Source: Lingula anatina | Taxonomy: Eukaryota; Animalia; Brachiopoda | Assembly: GCA_051362555.1 (NCBI GenBank) | Contig: CM120645.1 | Location: forward strand, 9,672,001 to 9,736,000 | DNA: 64,000 nucleotides | Direction: 5' to 3' | Shown here: piece by piece, positions 10,922 through 26,343 of the stretch | Numbering within the stretch: the stretch's first letter is position 1 | Layout: each line of letters begins with the position of its first letter | The notes under the pieces: model-generated | Seen by the model: the letters and a program-made list of their open reading frames with translations, nothing else | The model's database searches: none | What the model was told of the DNA's origin: nothing | Made by a program: the position numbers and the translations under genes

Positions 10922-13900
10922 CAGGGAAAACATGTCATCCAAGAACTAGTGTGAGAGGAAAGTGGCATCAAATGAAAGCATTGTCTGATGGAAATGTTTG
11001 GAATAAGTTTCACGGTATTAAAAAAAAGAGGATATCAAAAGAATTTTTAGTAACAGATAAACTGTTACCTGATCTTCAAACATAATCTGTTACCTGAAGG
11101 GGAATTGTACTTGGATCTTTAAATCAAGCTACAAATGAAAACAATTAACAAAAATTGAGCTTGTGATGTAATGACTGAAATGAAATATGGATGGGTTAAC
11201 ACCATCAGAATGGTTCTGAAAACGTGCCATTTCTTACCTCATCAGTCTTGATTGCAAGTGTCATAATTAAGTGTATTTAGCTGTCATTTGTCTGACATAA
11301 GCTGTGATTAGTATTAAACACAAGAACAAATGAGATTCGTATGTTTCAAGTGTATGAACAGTCTTAAAATGTAATATAGGCTTGTTTCCCATCAAGCAGT
11401 ATATATAATCAGACTGGTGCAATTGACAGGCTTAATATGTACACTGAAGGGGGGGGGGGGGGTCCACAAATTGACTTCCTGCAGTTAATTAATTGGTCTT
11501 GTGGGACATGAGGAATCTGTTTAGGTGGCACTTGTATTATGTAGTTTTCAGTCTCTCAAAGTCCGCACCAGACAAAGACCAAGCATATTATTGTTATACT
11601 GCTAAATGTGAAAAGGGGATAAGAGAGTGAAGCTTCTCATTGTTTGACATGTTATACATATCAGCATATATGCCTTGTTAGTGAGATACATAAGACTAGG
11701 TAGACACTGCCCTTTGAGGACTCAGTGGGGGGCATACCAGTTTATAGCGGACAAAGTGAAAATAAAACTCACAGTGAATATTTATTTAAATTAGAGAATT
11801 TTATAAGATTTACAAAAGCTAATATATACTTATAGGAAGCATAGCCTGTATATCATTTTTGTTTTTAACAGCATGATTAACTACTGTAGACTAGTGTGTA
11901 CAAAGTAATGTGAATTATTTATAAAAAGTAATGTGAATTATTAAACAACTTCAAGTGTGTTACATGTCCCCAATAACAGTGCTGTGAGTATGCATAATTT
12001 GAAGTATTTTTTAAAGCAAGACATGAGGGGAATACATGCAGAGCCTTTTGACATATCACGTGTTGCGTAAAGTTCCTACAAGTAGAGATGACTTTTTCTC
12101 TTGAAATTCCAATAATATACTGTTAAATCTACTTCCATGGACTAATTATGCCTTTTATATTAAGTGCTCCTAACTAGCAAACTATTGCAGCATATGTGCC
12201 TAATTTCTCGTATTCAAAACTCAATTATCTTAACAATCTGAGGAAATTGTTATGAGCGACTAGAATGTGTATGTACGTTTGACAGCTTTACTGTCTTTTG
12301 AATTGTTATCTTTTACTTTTCACGTGGGAACGGTGCATGATTTACCATCTTAAAGTGTTTGGTTCTTTGTTGGTTTTATATACATCAGCAGCTGTATATA
12401 TGTATAAAAAAACATTTTAGTAGGATTATAGTTAAGGTATGTGCGGGAATTTTATGGTCAGAAAGCGTCAAAATATGAAACAAAATTTCACGATTTTGGT
12501 AGTAACATAGCGGTGCGTATATCTATATACACACAAGATGGTGGATACTTTATTACGTTTTGGAATAGTCAAGAAAGTCTTCCTGTGGGTCTCTGGTCTC
12601 TGGAATTATTCCTTCGAATTAAGTCAGTTACGGGTATTGTCGTTTGAAAGAGATTCGATATTACAATTGCTATTCTGCTACAGCGAATTGTTGAAGGTTA
12701 CAGTTTTTAGAATTACCTTGATGCAATACCTGGAATTATTGCGATTTTTAGGGCTGAAAATATAATTGAATACAATATTTTTATTTGAATGATGCCGTTA
12801 GATGAAGGCTAATGGGTTAAAGGTCTAATGGTTACTGCGTTGGCTCTGTCACAAGTTCAGCTGTATATAATGTATTTGTAGACAATTTCAGTGTAAGTAC
12901 AGCATGAAGTCTTTTCAACAGATTTTTTATATGAAGTACCGGTAGTTAAGCTGGAAAATGGAGTTTTTTTAATTCAGGCAAGCGAGGAAGTATCTTCCAT
13001 AGAACAAAAATATTTATAATTTCAAATCTGTCTGCATGGGGAAGATAGGCAGTGCAAGAGATATTAAGTGCAAAATGGCGTTCTCATGTATGTACAAAGA
13101 TGCGTTCCCGAAGAAAAGGATTTTCTGGTTTCATTTCTGTTATGCTTCTGTGAAGTGGGATAATTACCATGTATAGCACTGTCATCCAAGCCTTGTTACT
13201 GGTACATTCTGAGGCCTTCGAAAATGAATAAACAGCTCGTATATTCAATTGTTTGAGTTTTTTAAACGGTTTATTTTCACCGAAAAAATACTCTAGGTAC
13301 ATGAATGTGCTTCAAATATTGATACTGAGATAGAGATGTTATTCGCACTTGATAAGCATGTATTAATGAATGATAGTGAAAAATTAATGTAAAAGCCAAT
13401 TTCCAAAGTCAAAACGTTTGCCAGCCAGGCTACGCAAAGATATGATTAATACAATTTTGTCGAGTGCTCTCGTCAACGGTTTGTCGTTTGTTATCGGTAA
13501 TTATCAAATACACGATCAATATCGTTAATAGTGGTTATTTAAGCTGATATATTTTTACGGCCAAACGACTGGGGAATCGTTCATTTGGGAGCAAGAGACT
13601 TATAATGGTGGATTTGTCAATCTAAGTAATTGATCTTCCCCTAAATTAAAACGCTAAGCTGAGCTTTAAAAAGCAGTACTTGGTAGAAAACAGATGTATC
13701 ACTTCGCCACCGAAGCCCTGGGAGTATTGTTATCGTGCCATACACCAGCTTTTTCTACTCTTATGATTATGAAATCTGGATAGAATCAGCTGTGAATTGC
13801 GTCTGCTTTTGAAATCTTCAGACGCGTGCCCTGCTCTTGCGTAATTTTAGTTACATTTTAAAGTGTTCTCCTATCACGTAGTGCATTACATAATGCGTCC

Positions 13901-14687
13901 CTTTTAGAGTGTCGCTTTGTCTGCCTGAAAACAATGCTTTTTTAACGGTTATCTTACGTCCTCCAGGAGACAAGATACACTATTTGTGCAAATGATCAAT
14001 TCATGTAATCATTTTGTCCCGAGCAGACTAAAGCCCCTATCGTATGCTTTTATATGTGCAAAGGGACAGCAGTGAGTTGGTTTTTATTCTTCAAAAAGGC
14101 CTTTTTTCCCCCCAGGCCATCCCGCTGAGACCATGTTTGATCACATGACCTTCTGATTCTGAGGCCAGAATCTTGACTTTTGCCCTCTGATGTTATATAA
14201 GCAACAACGCTTCCGACTTCTCCAAAGCAGTCCAGATTACATCAATTATTGATTTATATAATTGATAGCAAAATATATTTAATTTCCTTTCTTTATCGAT
14301 TGGATTCCTGTAGACATATAGTTCCAATCAGTTTAATTCAAATTAATTATGTTTTATTGATATTACCCCTTTTTGGTACCGTAAAGATGTTTTAACAAAA
14401 TGTTAAACACTGAATATATTTACATTTACAAATGCAAGAGTCGTGTGTAGGGGCTAATAACATAATAACAGGCAAAGTTATTCAGTGCTCAAGTTACCGA
14501 GAACTTAATTCGTGTCTGTTAATAGTTTGAAGCTTGTTAACATGGCAACTGAAATAAACGATACGCCGTTTTGCTCAGACCTATATTTGCTGTAATCTGT
14601 ACAATTTTGATTTTTTGTCGCCAATCGCAGAATTCCCATATTTGACTTGGAATCGATCTATGTTTGATCTGTTATCGCAGGTGAATG

Positions 14688-15030
14688 TAACATATTAATA
14701 TCACCACGTGGGCCTTACCTTAAAACATGTCACAGAATGTATGTCACATTATCACGTGGACCTTACCCTAATACATGTCACACTATCACGTGGACCTCAC
14801 ATTTATATATGTCACAGAACCAAGTGGGCCTTTCCATATCACATATCACAGAATGTTACATTACAACGTGAGCCTTGCCTTTAAGCATATAACAGAATGT
14901 ATGTCACATTATTATGTGGACCTCACATTAATATATGTCACAGAACCACGTGGGTCTTTCCATATCACATGTCACAGAATGTTAAATCACCACGTGAGCC
15001 CTACCTTAATACATGTCAAAGAATGTATGC
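14688..15030 (+). repeat. Degenerate ~30-45-bp tandem repeat
   Basis: Recurrent CACGTGGACCT/CACGTGAGCC, ATGTCACAGAA and TGTATGTCACATT blocks. Explains the spurious 120-aa ORF at 14775. Confidence 0.8.
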
Positions 15031-16389
15031 TACGTTCTAGTTCGGCTCTACCCTCCATTACCCTGCCGCCGCGGTTCACTTCAATATACCTTTGGAATGT
15101 GATCGATCGTTTCTATTTCTTGACTAGTTATGGATAAAGTAACAGTTTTTGTTAGGCTCGGTTAGGAGATTGATGAAGAGAGTGGTTTTCAAAAGAAAGT
15201 AATGAAGCGGGGATACCTAAAACTTAACTTCAGTCGGACAACTAGTTCATTAAAAGTGTTGTTTGTTTCCTTTCATTCAAATTCTTTAATAGACATAACA
15301 TGCAGAAATGTGCTATTCAGGTTATTCATTCAAAATAATTTTAACTAATTGTGATCTAAAACGTTACATTTGTCTTTATATTTTGCTTCTATGTATTACA
15401 CCTCTTTTTTTTCCAAAATCTTGCCATGCGCGGCAGAACGTTTTGCATAACGAACTCCCATTCAGATTAAACGATCTCGTTCACTGTGGGGGCATGTGTT
15501 GAAAACAATTATCTTACAGGCAATTTCAAAAGCGTATCGACAAAACTGGTCATTGTTATCCATATTCTGATATATTAAACTTCGGCTATGCGCGATGTCC
15601 AATTCAACTTCCCGCATGCAATCGGAGTTTCCATTTAATCTTTGAAGTGGCTTGGGAATATCTCCAATCTTTGTTTTCTTGGTCATTTCCATATCAGTTT
15701 AAGCTAACTCTTCATTCGAATAATGCTGAGCCTTGAGACCTGTTCTAATCTTTGTTTTCGCAGTGCTCAGTTGCCCACTACTTTAAGTGCACTCCAAATT
15801 ATGCCAATTCAATATCGAATATAATAGTTTGTCTGGCGAGGTTAACATACCTGTAGTCCCTTGATAACTTACCACAGATCGCCCAGAAATTAGAATAGAC
15901 GTGTTGACGCTGTTAGCTTGGTAAAGACGTCTTTATTAGATTGAAATGATCTTCATGTAGACGTTTCACCAGGCGCTGTCATCAGAAATATCAATATGGC
16001 GGATTGATGAGTGCTTTTATTTGGTGCGTATCGGGTCTGTTGCAGTGGTCCTGAAACCATGTGTGACATTTATTTTACCGTGACAGACCAAATTAAAATA
16101 TGGAGAAAAATCGAAAGTACTTGTGGAGTAATTGGCAACAGTTCTGATATAAGGTCATATAATCATGCACTTAATTGGCAGTCATGATAACAATGCCAAA
16201 GACAAAGTCCATCTTAGCTTTGACTATCAACATGTTCTGTGTTGTGTTATCTTAATTAATAATAATTACAAGCATGTATTCAAGTTTACAAGAATATGGT
16301 ACATTAAACCAGTCACGTAGACCATCCCATTATTATGTAAACAATATCTAAGAGTAAGTAAAGGGTACCAAATGATCTGATTAACAAAA

Positions 16390-16420
<31 letters not shown>

Positions 16421-17859
16421 ATGAATAAATAAATATAAAAAGAATGTTTCTATAACAATAATGAGAATCAGAAATATTTCTTGTCCTCCCAGGTTTTTTT
16501 TTTTTTCGCCAACGCCCCCTATTCAACTCTTGTCCAAAAACTGTTTCTTGCTCCTTTTCCTATAGGTTCTGTGTTATTACTTTACTGAGGTATTGGAATT
16601 CACCAGTCCTTTTTCATTTGATACAAACAGCTTTATATATTCCCTAAGCGACGCAGAATATGAAAGTTGATATGTATTTCTGATTATGCGTATGCACTGA
16701 TTTCTAAAGGGGGTCTGAAAGTAATTCTCAGTTTGGTCATAATCTCAAATAAAAGTGGCATTATACAAAATCACTGAATTACATGTGTCTCTGAACGCTT
16801 TAGGGGTGTTTACAGCTTGACGTGCTCACAGCTAGTTCAGTGAGATTAAAAAAAAACAAAACAATCTGCAACTGATCTAAAATATCAAAAAAAAAAAAGA
16901 AAAATAAAAAAATAATAATTTCGTGTTTTGTGTCCAAGCTTCAAGTTCAATTTTTATCTATATTTCAATTGATGACTATGCAAGAAAAAACTCTGGTGAT
17001 TAAAATAGATTTTGGTATCATAACATCGTTCAAAATAATTTTCAATATGTCACTGCCCTCTGTCTTTCTTAAGGCATTTGCCTTCTTTGCGGTCGCCATG
17101 CCAACATTTTCTCAAAATACTACAAGTTGTCGTAAAATGAACCGAGTACAACTCCCCCAGCGAATAGCTTGTTGAAAGCGTATCCCGTGATCCAAAGCTC
17201 CATCAATACATTTACCTTAACAATTGATTCAGGGCCGTTCAAACATGTTATGGATTTATCAAGTTGTTAAAAAACAATATTCCACTTACGCAGCTGTTGC
17301 TCATACGGGATTAAGGAGTAAAATGGCAATAGAACTTTTTTGGACGTGTGCTAATCTAAAAAACGCACGTTTTTAAAGTGTGTGTTGTCGGATTATCTCT
17401 ACAGAGATGATGGCATTCTGGACTGGGATTGGAGCAGAGATAAATGGCAATTTGAAAGAGTGTCATTTTGAAAGTTTTTTATCGAGAAAAGCAGCTTCCC
17501 AAAATCTGTCCTCGTCTACGCGTTTACCAGAAAATTGACGCCATTTGGGAAATACTGTACTAGCTAAAATGAGACAAGCTGAAAGATGGAAGTGGGCGAT
17601 ATCAAGGGGTGTCATTAAGATATTGTTTTTAACGCAAACACCTAATTTTAGGTAATCTATCTTCTATTTGCTTTCATGAAAGCTGATCCAAAATGGGAAA
17701 GCTACACTCATTATAGGTGAGTAAAGGCTCGGATTAATTTCTCGGTCACGGCTCCGCGAGTCATCTGCCATAAGACAATGGCAACTCCACAGAACTCAAG
17801 CAGACGATCCAAATTTGCTGCCGTCTGAACCATCTGCCATTGCGCGCGCGTTTGGAACT

Positions 17860-18520
17860 ACAGCATGCGATAAGCGTCGTCGACCTCCTGCCTATATAAG
17901 AGCAATGGAAAGTACCAGCGAGCATTTAATACGATCATAGTTGGTGGCTTCATGCGAGGTATCGACTAAAGAAGTTCCCAGCGTTCCTTAACAGTGCTAG
18001 TTTACACGTCCATTAACCATTTGATGCTCATTGGACACGTGCAAGGTTTTACATTGGCGACGTCCATAACGACTTGATAATTGATATTCGGTGTAACGTA
18101 ACGCAAGGCAATTAATTTCTGTTTTTTATGCTTTCTCATGAAAGCAGAGGTGAAAATAACATCAGACCTGTTGAAAATCGACCAAGCGCTGCTTAACAAC
18201 TGAAAGAAGGACCATAATACGTGAATGTGAATACACATCACAGACAGCACAATGGTAATAGGCGACTAACGAAGTAGAAACTGAAAGCCGTTTTGATAGC
18301 CTCGTAAGGACTGTAAATAGTAAGGCATTTTCCAGGGAAAGTGACAAAGCTTCACGAAAAGAGGGTGGCCTGCCGAAACAAATAACTGGACCTTTTTTGC
18401 ATACTCTTGGTAGCACGTGTGCTTCTACTGGCAAAGAATTTTAAATATCTAGGCATGGCGCCGGCAGTTTCTACCATCCGTCTATGACGCCATGTTACGA
18501 CTCATTTTGTATAAGGTAAG
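17860..18520 (+). promoter_or_regulatory. Candidate Pol II promoter and non-coding first exon
   Basis: CpG-richer segment, CCTATATAAG at ~17891, and a strong AAG|GTAAGT donor at ~18515, with no long + ORF. Confidence 0.3.
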
Positions 18521-20390
18521 TGTAGCGAGTGGAGAGTCAATAAATGTTCATCGCCCATTGATAAGACAACGGCGTGAATGAATACTTGTGTCAACTTTGT
18601 CATTTGCTCATGCGAAAAGATATTTTGTAAATGCAGTTTTTCGACGTTTGTACTGTGTCGTGACAGAAAAAACATTAGTTTGATCATGCTCTGAAACATA
18701 ATGACCCGTAACCAGCGATATAATATACCAGCCGTTTTTGCAACTTCCTAAATAACAGTCTCTGTCATGCTATTCTGAAGTTAAATATGCAACTGCGTTT
18801 ATTCAGACAATAGTGTCTGATGTTTTCAAAGCATCCAATGTCCCCCGTCGTTCCAGAGTTTTATAGATATTTGGATCGTCTGGGTCTGATAGCCCTGGTT
18901 GTGGATACCTATGAGTGACTGGTGCATTGCACATTATTTCCACCCTTTTAAAGTACTCGGGACAGTTTTCACATGGAACGGTGTGCTTTAGTGGTACATC
19001 CTGTACCGGTACACTTTGCTTGATTATCACATAAGAGATCTACTGAAATGCTCGACACGGGCAATTAATTAACGCTACTGCAAGAAACGAAACTATGGAG
19101 GCACTGTGAAAGCGAATAAAACCGTCTGTTGCACGCTAGAACCATTTTAAGTGGACCGGTCCAAAATGTATCGCTAAAGTATACCGCCAGTTGAAAATGC
19201 TCTAGGTCTAAATACAACTTTCCTCTACTTTTACACGGATATTTCACATTGACCAAGGAAATAAAGTGTATTCATTTGAATCAAGTTTTGAATGGTTGCA
19301 CATTGCAATGAGATTTAGAGAAAATGGAGTACCAAGTACTTCTGCTGTCTCCCAGCCTTCTTATGTTTCTAATGCTTTATATTAAGAAACTCAGATGGAA
19401 AACATCTTGAGCTCATGCCATATCAGACGGTTTCAATATCTCAAATAAAACATTCTATGTTCACTGCACAAAAGGACGAGATTTATCATTATCAGTTGTA
19501 TAAATGCCATGTTTTGTATGTACGCGCAGCATCCTTTAATATGTCCATAGGGATATCCGTATACAGCCCATGCCGTAGGTTTTTACACACTTGCAGTATA
19601 ATTGAGCATCCTAATTTGTTTAGTAGAACACTGAGATTTTGACAATCTTGTTTTGAAACCTCTGAATTGTCTAGGTGTTCACACAAATGTTATTGGATTC
19701 ATTCGCATGATGTGCGGTAATTGCAACAGGTTTTCCACTAAGACAGATAATTATAAAATAAAACACCCTGTCCCACCGTAAAAGTTTTCGTGTAACTACA
19801 CAAAATTAGAAAATCAATCCTAATGCTGCCAAAAAGGCGAATAATCTCTAATGAAAAGTTCATTTCTTAGAATATACTCTTCGTAATTGTTTGGCATATG
19901 GCCATTTGCTATATCTTATGCAAACCACTGGGGCCTATACCATTGTCATAGGCGTGCATGTGCATATTATCCGATTGCAGGTTGTTCATATACCATGTCA
20001 TTTTACATAGAACTCCTTTAGGAGTATGCGTTTATTGGAAAAAGTGTTTAGTTTGTATTTCGTGCAATACACAACCGAAGTGAAGCAGATTGTGTGAAAC
20101 ATGTGCACGCCATATCATTTGTCTAACGTGTGTGTCTGACGTACCGTGAAACCTGCTCTCCGATTACACCAAAGCATAAAGAATGAAATTTTTTATTGAA
20201 GTTTGTTTTAAAAACTGGCGTGTAGCGAGCTGCTTGGTGCATAAGGCGCACCTACAGTTTGGCTTATTGTAAGAAAAGCGGGTACACAGTATATACATGA
20301 TAACGTTTTACACAATAACGTTTTTTAGTTATGTGAACGTTATGGCAACTTATACTAACGTTCTGTATATGCTGGGTAACGCCCATGTGA

Positions 20391-20580
20391 CAGGTGTTAC
20401 AGGAATGTAGTCCAAGGAATAAAAACCCGTTGTCCCATATGAGTAGTACCGGTTTGGACGAGCTACAGGTTAGGGTGAATCGGAAGAATCTGGGTCAGTC
20501 AATGGGTTGGCTGTCATCTATACAAAGTAATGGAAAACGGACCACGATTTCTAGCGGACTGCCATTCTTGTTCCGCCGCT
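20391..20580. mobile_element. Degenerate copy of the CCGGTGTGACAGGAAT-TIR MITE family
   Basis: CAGGTGTTACAGGAATGTAGTCCAAGGAAT..CCCATATGA..ACAGGTTAGGGT matches 45676-45839. Confidence 0.55.
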
Positions 20581-21357
20581 ACTCAATATATATATATATA
20601 TATATAAAACAACTGCTGTTCTTTATTTTATTTTATCATATCTATCTATCTATCTATCTATATATTGTGCCAATGTTTAACTTTATTGAATCATTAACCA
20701 AAACCTTCAGCTTTACTGATATTCGATACAATCCCAAGTAAAAGTAAAGAATGGGACAGAATTACAATTTTAGTAGATCTATGATTTTGTAAGAAAAATT
20801 CCAAGAACGTAAAATGGCCTCCAGGGTATATGTCGAGATAGATTTGTTCATCAGAAAGACGTCTTAGCTATGAATGATGGGATATAATTCAAAATAATAG
20901 CACGTGTGATCGTTTCAATAAGCCATACAATAAATGGATCGGAAGCTATCACGTTAAGGAATATAGATTCATCAACAATAAAATGAATATTGGTTAAATT
21001 AAAAAATTGAAATGGAGAATAGGATTTCCGTCGGATAAAAAAACTTGTGCGCGATTATGGATCGATCATTAAATGTTTTGATCAGTTCAGAAGTGTTAGC
21101 ATTAATTTTATTCTATTTTAAAGTAAAGAGAAAACATATGATCTCCTAGGTCCATTTCCCTCCACGATACCTCTGGGAAAGACATCCCTTCAAAACGAGT
21201 ATACATGTATATCAAGGAACAAAGAAGATCATTTCTTTTGATACCCAAACTCGAAGCTAATTATGTTTTTCTGTTTCAATCTGTTCTCGCCGTTGTCAGG
21301 TAGAAAAGGTTACATAATCGCGAAATGGTCCCTAAACTTATTAAATATCACATACCA

Positions 21358-21358
<1 letters not shown>

Positions 21359-21405
<47 letters not shown>
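21359..21405. repeat. (AAT)n microsatellite
   Basis: Direct reading. Confidence 0.95.
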
Positions 21406-21408
<3 letters not shown>

Positions 21409-24400
21409 TTGAATAAAATGTAAAGAAATCGATATCTGAAGAGTCACATCTGGTTTTTGTTTTCATGTTTTTTAGTGTTCCTTTTATTTGGTGGGGGAGC
21501 TGCTGGATATGCCATTGAAGTAAACAGATAACTAACTGAGAAGACATAACAAAAAATAAAATAAATTAATAGATAGAAACATAAATATAAGTGAATAAAA
21601 GAATAAAATATGACACAAGGGAAAAAATCTCGGGGAAAATATTGTTTGAATGCACCTCTATTTTCAAAAAGCCGGTCCGTCTGGTCGTCTTGGAAAATTT
21701 TGTGTCGAGTTGAGGATCAGACACGTTACTGTCCCATAAAATACCTCTACCTCCGTCGCTAACAGCTCTCGTGAACTGCAAACTTTCATAAAATATTCAT
21801 ACGACACTCACTTCAAAGGTAAAATATGAGTGATAGTTTCTGCGATCTATGCTGTCCTTGAACGAAAAAATCGATGGAAAAAAATCAACACCCCGTTCAC
21901 CTTTGTTGTTATAAAACACTAACAGGAAAGTTGAAAAGCTCCTTCTTCCGGACATTAAGGCTCTGAAAACGAATATGGAAATGGACTGTCGATACATAAA
22001 CCAACATTACGTCCTAAAGATAGCATGATTTATGATCTTGAAATGATAAGCTCTCAATTTTAGGTGAAACATAGGCCAACCTGCATACGATTTGTACAGG
22101 TACGGATAATCGTGACGTAAGTGAGTCAAAATCTGTGACAGGGGTTAACAAACCTATGGATATCGGCACTATTTTTCAGTGGACGCGCAGTCATTTGACA
22201 CCGGTTGAAAATAGCTAGCAGTATAAAAGTTATGCTACGCGAATTACCTTCAGAAAAGACTATTCTTAAAATTACTGATGAATTTTGGTCAGTGGTAACG
22301 TTGGCGAGGAATAGTGGTTATTCTCGTTATAATAATAATAATAATAATAAAATAATAATAATAATAACACTCAAAACCCCAAAATACGCTCAGAAGTTGT
22401 AATGGAAAGGAAAGGTTATGGATGTCGCCCGTGCAAAACACGTATTAATAAAAAGGTAATATCGATAAACGTTTAGATACAATGTGCTTAACGAGTGTAG
22501 ACTTACATGTAGTTGTAGTTAAGTGTTTAGAGATACTAATTGAAAACGGTCTCAAAACCCATCCTTGTGGAGTAAACGAATCATCTTCTTTAAAGGGAAA
22601 TGTTAGTCCTTATAACATCACTTTGACCTATAACCATAGATCAAAGTTTAATCAATTTTTAACTAGATGTAGGCGGCACCTCCAGAATATTACTTTTTAA
22701 CTGTGCTCAAACTGTTTTCAAACTGATCGCTGGTAAGCAATAAACTGCGCATAAGATTATATTCGGTCTTTTTTCATACCCTACACATAAAGAAGTTTGC
22801 AAATGCAAAATATGGATTCCAGTCTGATATGATACACAGGTCACTTCAGGAAACTAATGGGCTTTGCATGTTTCAGATTATAGGCATGTAATAGCGCTCT
22901 AAATTCCAGAACCCTCCGGTATCCAATCCTTGTATCAATATCGCGAAACAGGTTTCAAACAAAGGTAAAATGAGGATCGGAAACCGAAATATCCTGCGGG
23001 TCATCGTGGGGGTTACAGGTGCGTAAACCCGCAATGACAAATAGATAATGGGAAGTTACTCCAGGGAATAAATACGCGATCAGTAATGGCTGATTGCAGG
23101 AGATCTTTCACTTGTATTTTGCTATCGGCTGAGACCACCTGCGGGCAACGCTCTCATAATGCTTACCTGCACAGATGCGAGTTTACAGTTTTACGAATGT
23201 ACGGATTGAAGATTTTTTTTTCTGTTCTACTCGAGGCTAACCACCCGCGTTTGTCTATCTTAGGATTGTTTTGTATAGTATGTGTTCAGGACGAAGAATG
23301 CTCTCTAACATTTATTAATCTTATCATGTTTGCTCTTAGTACTGTAGTACTGTTTGACGTTTTTTATTAATCGATAAATGAATGTATGTGCACAAAGTGG
23401 ATGGTTTGTGTTCTGACGTTTTATGCCCATGTGCTCTGCAGAAGTACTTTCTATTTCAATTTCACATTTCTTAAAAAGAAAATGATCCTTAAAATTGGTT
23501 TCAGTATTGAGCCATTCATTGCCCCTGGGATTTGAGCGCCGAGCAAACTCATTATCCTTTAAGTGGTCTGCATGACACTTTTGTATATCGTTTGATGACT
23601 GATGTATGTACTCTTTGCCTTCAAAACCTTAACTTTCCTTAAGTTTTTTAAGATGTGCTGTGTAGCTGACCGATTTTCACCCGAGTGATGTTTGTATGTA
23701 AACCCTGTGTGTATCTATACAACTGTCAACTTTCCATTTTTTAACAACCAGTGACCAGTCATGTATTTTGTCATTGGCCCATTAGTCTTAGATGTCTTTT
23801 GTGCCTTATCATGAGATTTTTTTACATATCTTTCTATATTCAGGTTCTCCTGGTTTCTTTCAACCTCAGCGTACAGAGAGTTAGTTATAAATTTTGAGGT
23901 TAGATTATTCATAAGTTTTAGCTCTATCTGTTTGAAAGATGTACTCTTTTGTATTCTTTTCTGTTTCCCCTTTTTTTCTGTTCGCCCTACTATGGTACCT
24001 CTGGGGTTTCGGTACCGTGAAGAATAATGACAAATAAAAATTGTTATGTAGACTGTCACCTTTATTAAATAGACAGTTAACGGAATATTAGCTGTCTTAT
24101 ATGTTTCCATGTTTACGCATTCTCAAATAATGTCACAATACTGAAATCACTAATATAAACTGATGTTTGGAGTTTATAGTGCAGCAAAGCACGTCGCTGT
24201 TATCGTGAATATTCAGTGCAAGGTCGTTACGAATAAAACGTAAAATGCTACACGTACATATGCACCACGAAAATAGGCGTCGTGTACCCTGTGTCCTGTT
24301 TAAACTGATTTGTACAGGTAAAGCCCGTCCTTGGTTTTGACTCATTCACGTCACGTTAATCCTAACCTGTTTGAATCTAATGGAGGACGGAACCTCTGTT

Positions 24401-25912
24401 ACACTGAACCTTTTCTTCACGGTGGCCCGGTAAGAGAAATATGCTCCATCGCGATAATGGCCTTTCTTGCACAAACTCGATATCAATGTATCATCTTATT
24501 ATCGGTTTTTCCTTGCGTGAGGATTCCGAAATGGAATTGAAAAGAAATATTTTGTGCTCGCGTGGAGATAATAAGCTGTAGTCAAGATAATAAAATTCAA
24601 ATCAATACCTCATCTATGGAGATTGTCATTTTCTTTCGATGGAAGCCATATTTGCAATTAGAGGTGCGTAAGTTGGTGGGTGAAAATGGGAACAAAATTG
24701 CAACTTGAAGATTGTATGAGTGCTGTAGAATAAAGTCTGCAATCGTTTCTTTTATCTCTCCATTATGCAATTATGACATTAATTGCTTTTGCTTCCCATT
24801 TGCTGTGCATTGGTGTCCATTTTCTTGTGCTCGACGATTGCCCGATTCTTGCCATCCTGGTAGCAATAAAATTATGTATATTCACTTTAGAAAAACTGTT
24901 CCATCAATAAATAGACCTAATAGACCTACATGTATTTCAGTCTTTGGCGCAGAAGCAATGTTACGTTATCCCCAAAAGCGTAGTTGGTCGCAAGTTAATA
25001 TTTTTAAATTAAAAAAAAAAGGAGAAAGAAAGAAACATAAATCGTCCCTTTCAGCACAAAGAACAATAACTTTATCATGACTCATGTTCAGGGTAGAGTC
25101 AGGGTGAGGTAGGGGTGGGGTGGGGTATGGGTGAGGGTTGGGTCGGAGAGAATCTGTAAGCAAGTGAGATAGATGCCTTCGCCTTAAATCAAACTCGTAC
25201 TACAGCTTATGTTTCGTAGAGACAACAAAAGGACATTAGCCGTAAACGAAGATAGATGGACCACTTAGCAGTTCAACGCTCTTCCTTCCAGCAGATGGCT
25301 TTGTAATGACACCGATTAAGCCATAATGAAAAGACACAGATATCACTTATTTGAAGAGCACTATTCAATTATCGTCATTGAGCTCCGTTCATGGGAAATC
25401 TGGACTAGTTACTCGTTAATCGTCATTTTTCCTCGTAGCGAATGGTTGTTTTCATTATTTTATCATTATGTTCTATCATGGAAATGGACCAAAGCATAAC
25501 GAGTTAGAAATTAACGCAGAGGAGAACAGTGACCCTGGGTCAATCGGTCATAACCCTGTAGTACAATGACCTCCAAAGACGTTTTACGGCATAAGATAAG
25601 TTCGTCATTTTTACACAAATTATATTTAAGATGAAAATAGGGACGTGGCTATATGCGTGACTGTAAAAGTTGCTGTCATATTTTCCCAATGGCCTTTTCA
25701 TGTTATTCCCACCTGATGTAGAACAAGTGAAGAAGTGGCAATGATAGACAGGCCGTAGAAAAATGTGACCTTATCGCATTTTCATGACAAGCAGGCATGA
25801 TTTGAATATTGTCTTAAAAGTTATCCAAGGGTATAATGATAGGGATTCTAAGAACTTAAACTGACCCAAGCACATGTTGGTATGTATAAACTCCATAGTC
25901 CCATCACATACT

Positions 25913-25914
<2 letters not shown>

Positions 25915-25998
<84 letters not shown>

Positions 25999-26343
25999 AA
26001 AAGAAAAAAAGAACAGCAACTTTTTTTGCCCCAACCGGTTTCTTTCTTTCTTCAGGGGGTTTTGTTTATTTGTAACTAGGTGATGTCATAAAATGTTAAA
26101 ATGTGACGTCTGTTTGGGTTGTTTCCCTAGTGAAACAGAAACAGAAAGGGAAATGAAAGAAAATCTATTCATTAATAAGTATAAACCTACATTGAATAGA
26201 TAAAAGCATTGGTAAAAGTAACAATTAAACACCCATTGTTACAGACGTCACATTTTAACCGGGGGTCGTTGGGGCAAAAAAAGTTGCTGTTCTTTTTTTC
26301 TTTTTATTATATATAATATTACTCGTACAGGAAAAACATTTTT

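Noticed and set aside
15462-15900. Coding-like minus-strand segment
   Set aside because: Interrupted by stops and no family recognised.
18803-19030. 75-aa minus-strand ORF
   Set aside because: No recognisable domain and no partner exons could be assembled.
23715-24110. 131-aa Lys-rich minus-strand ORF
   Set aside because: No diagnostic motif. It may be a TE remnant but cannot be supported from sequence alone.
25771-26079. YIYI.., LLLL, KKKK/FFFF, CVCV and THTH ORFs here and at 21341, 30058, 44567, 51864, 53193
   Set aside because: Translations of microsatellites or homopolymers.
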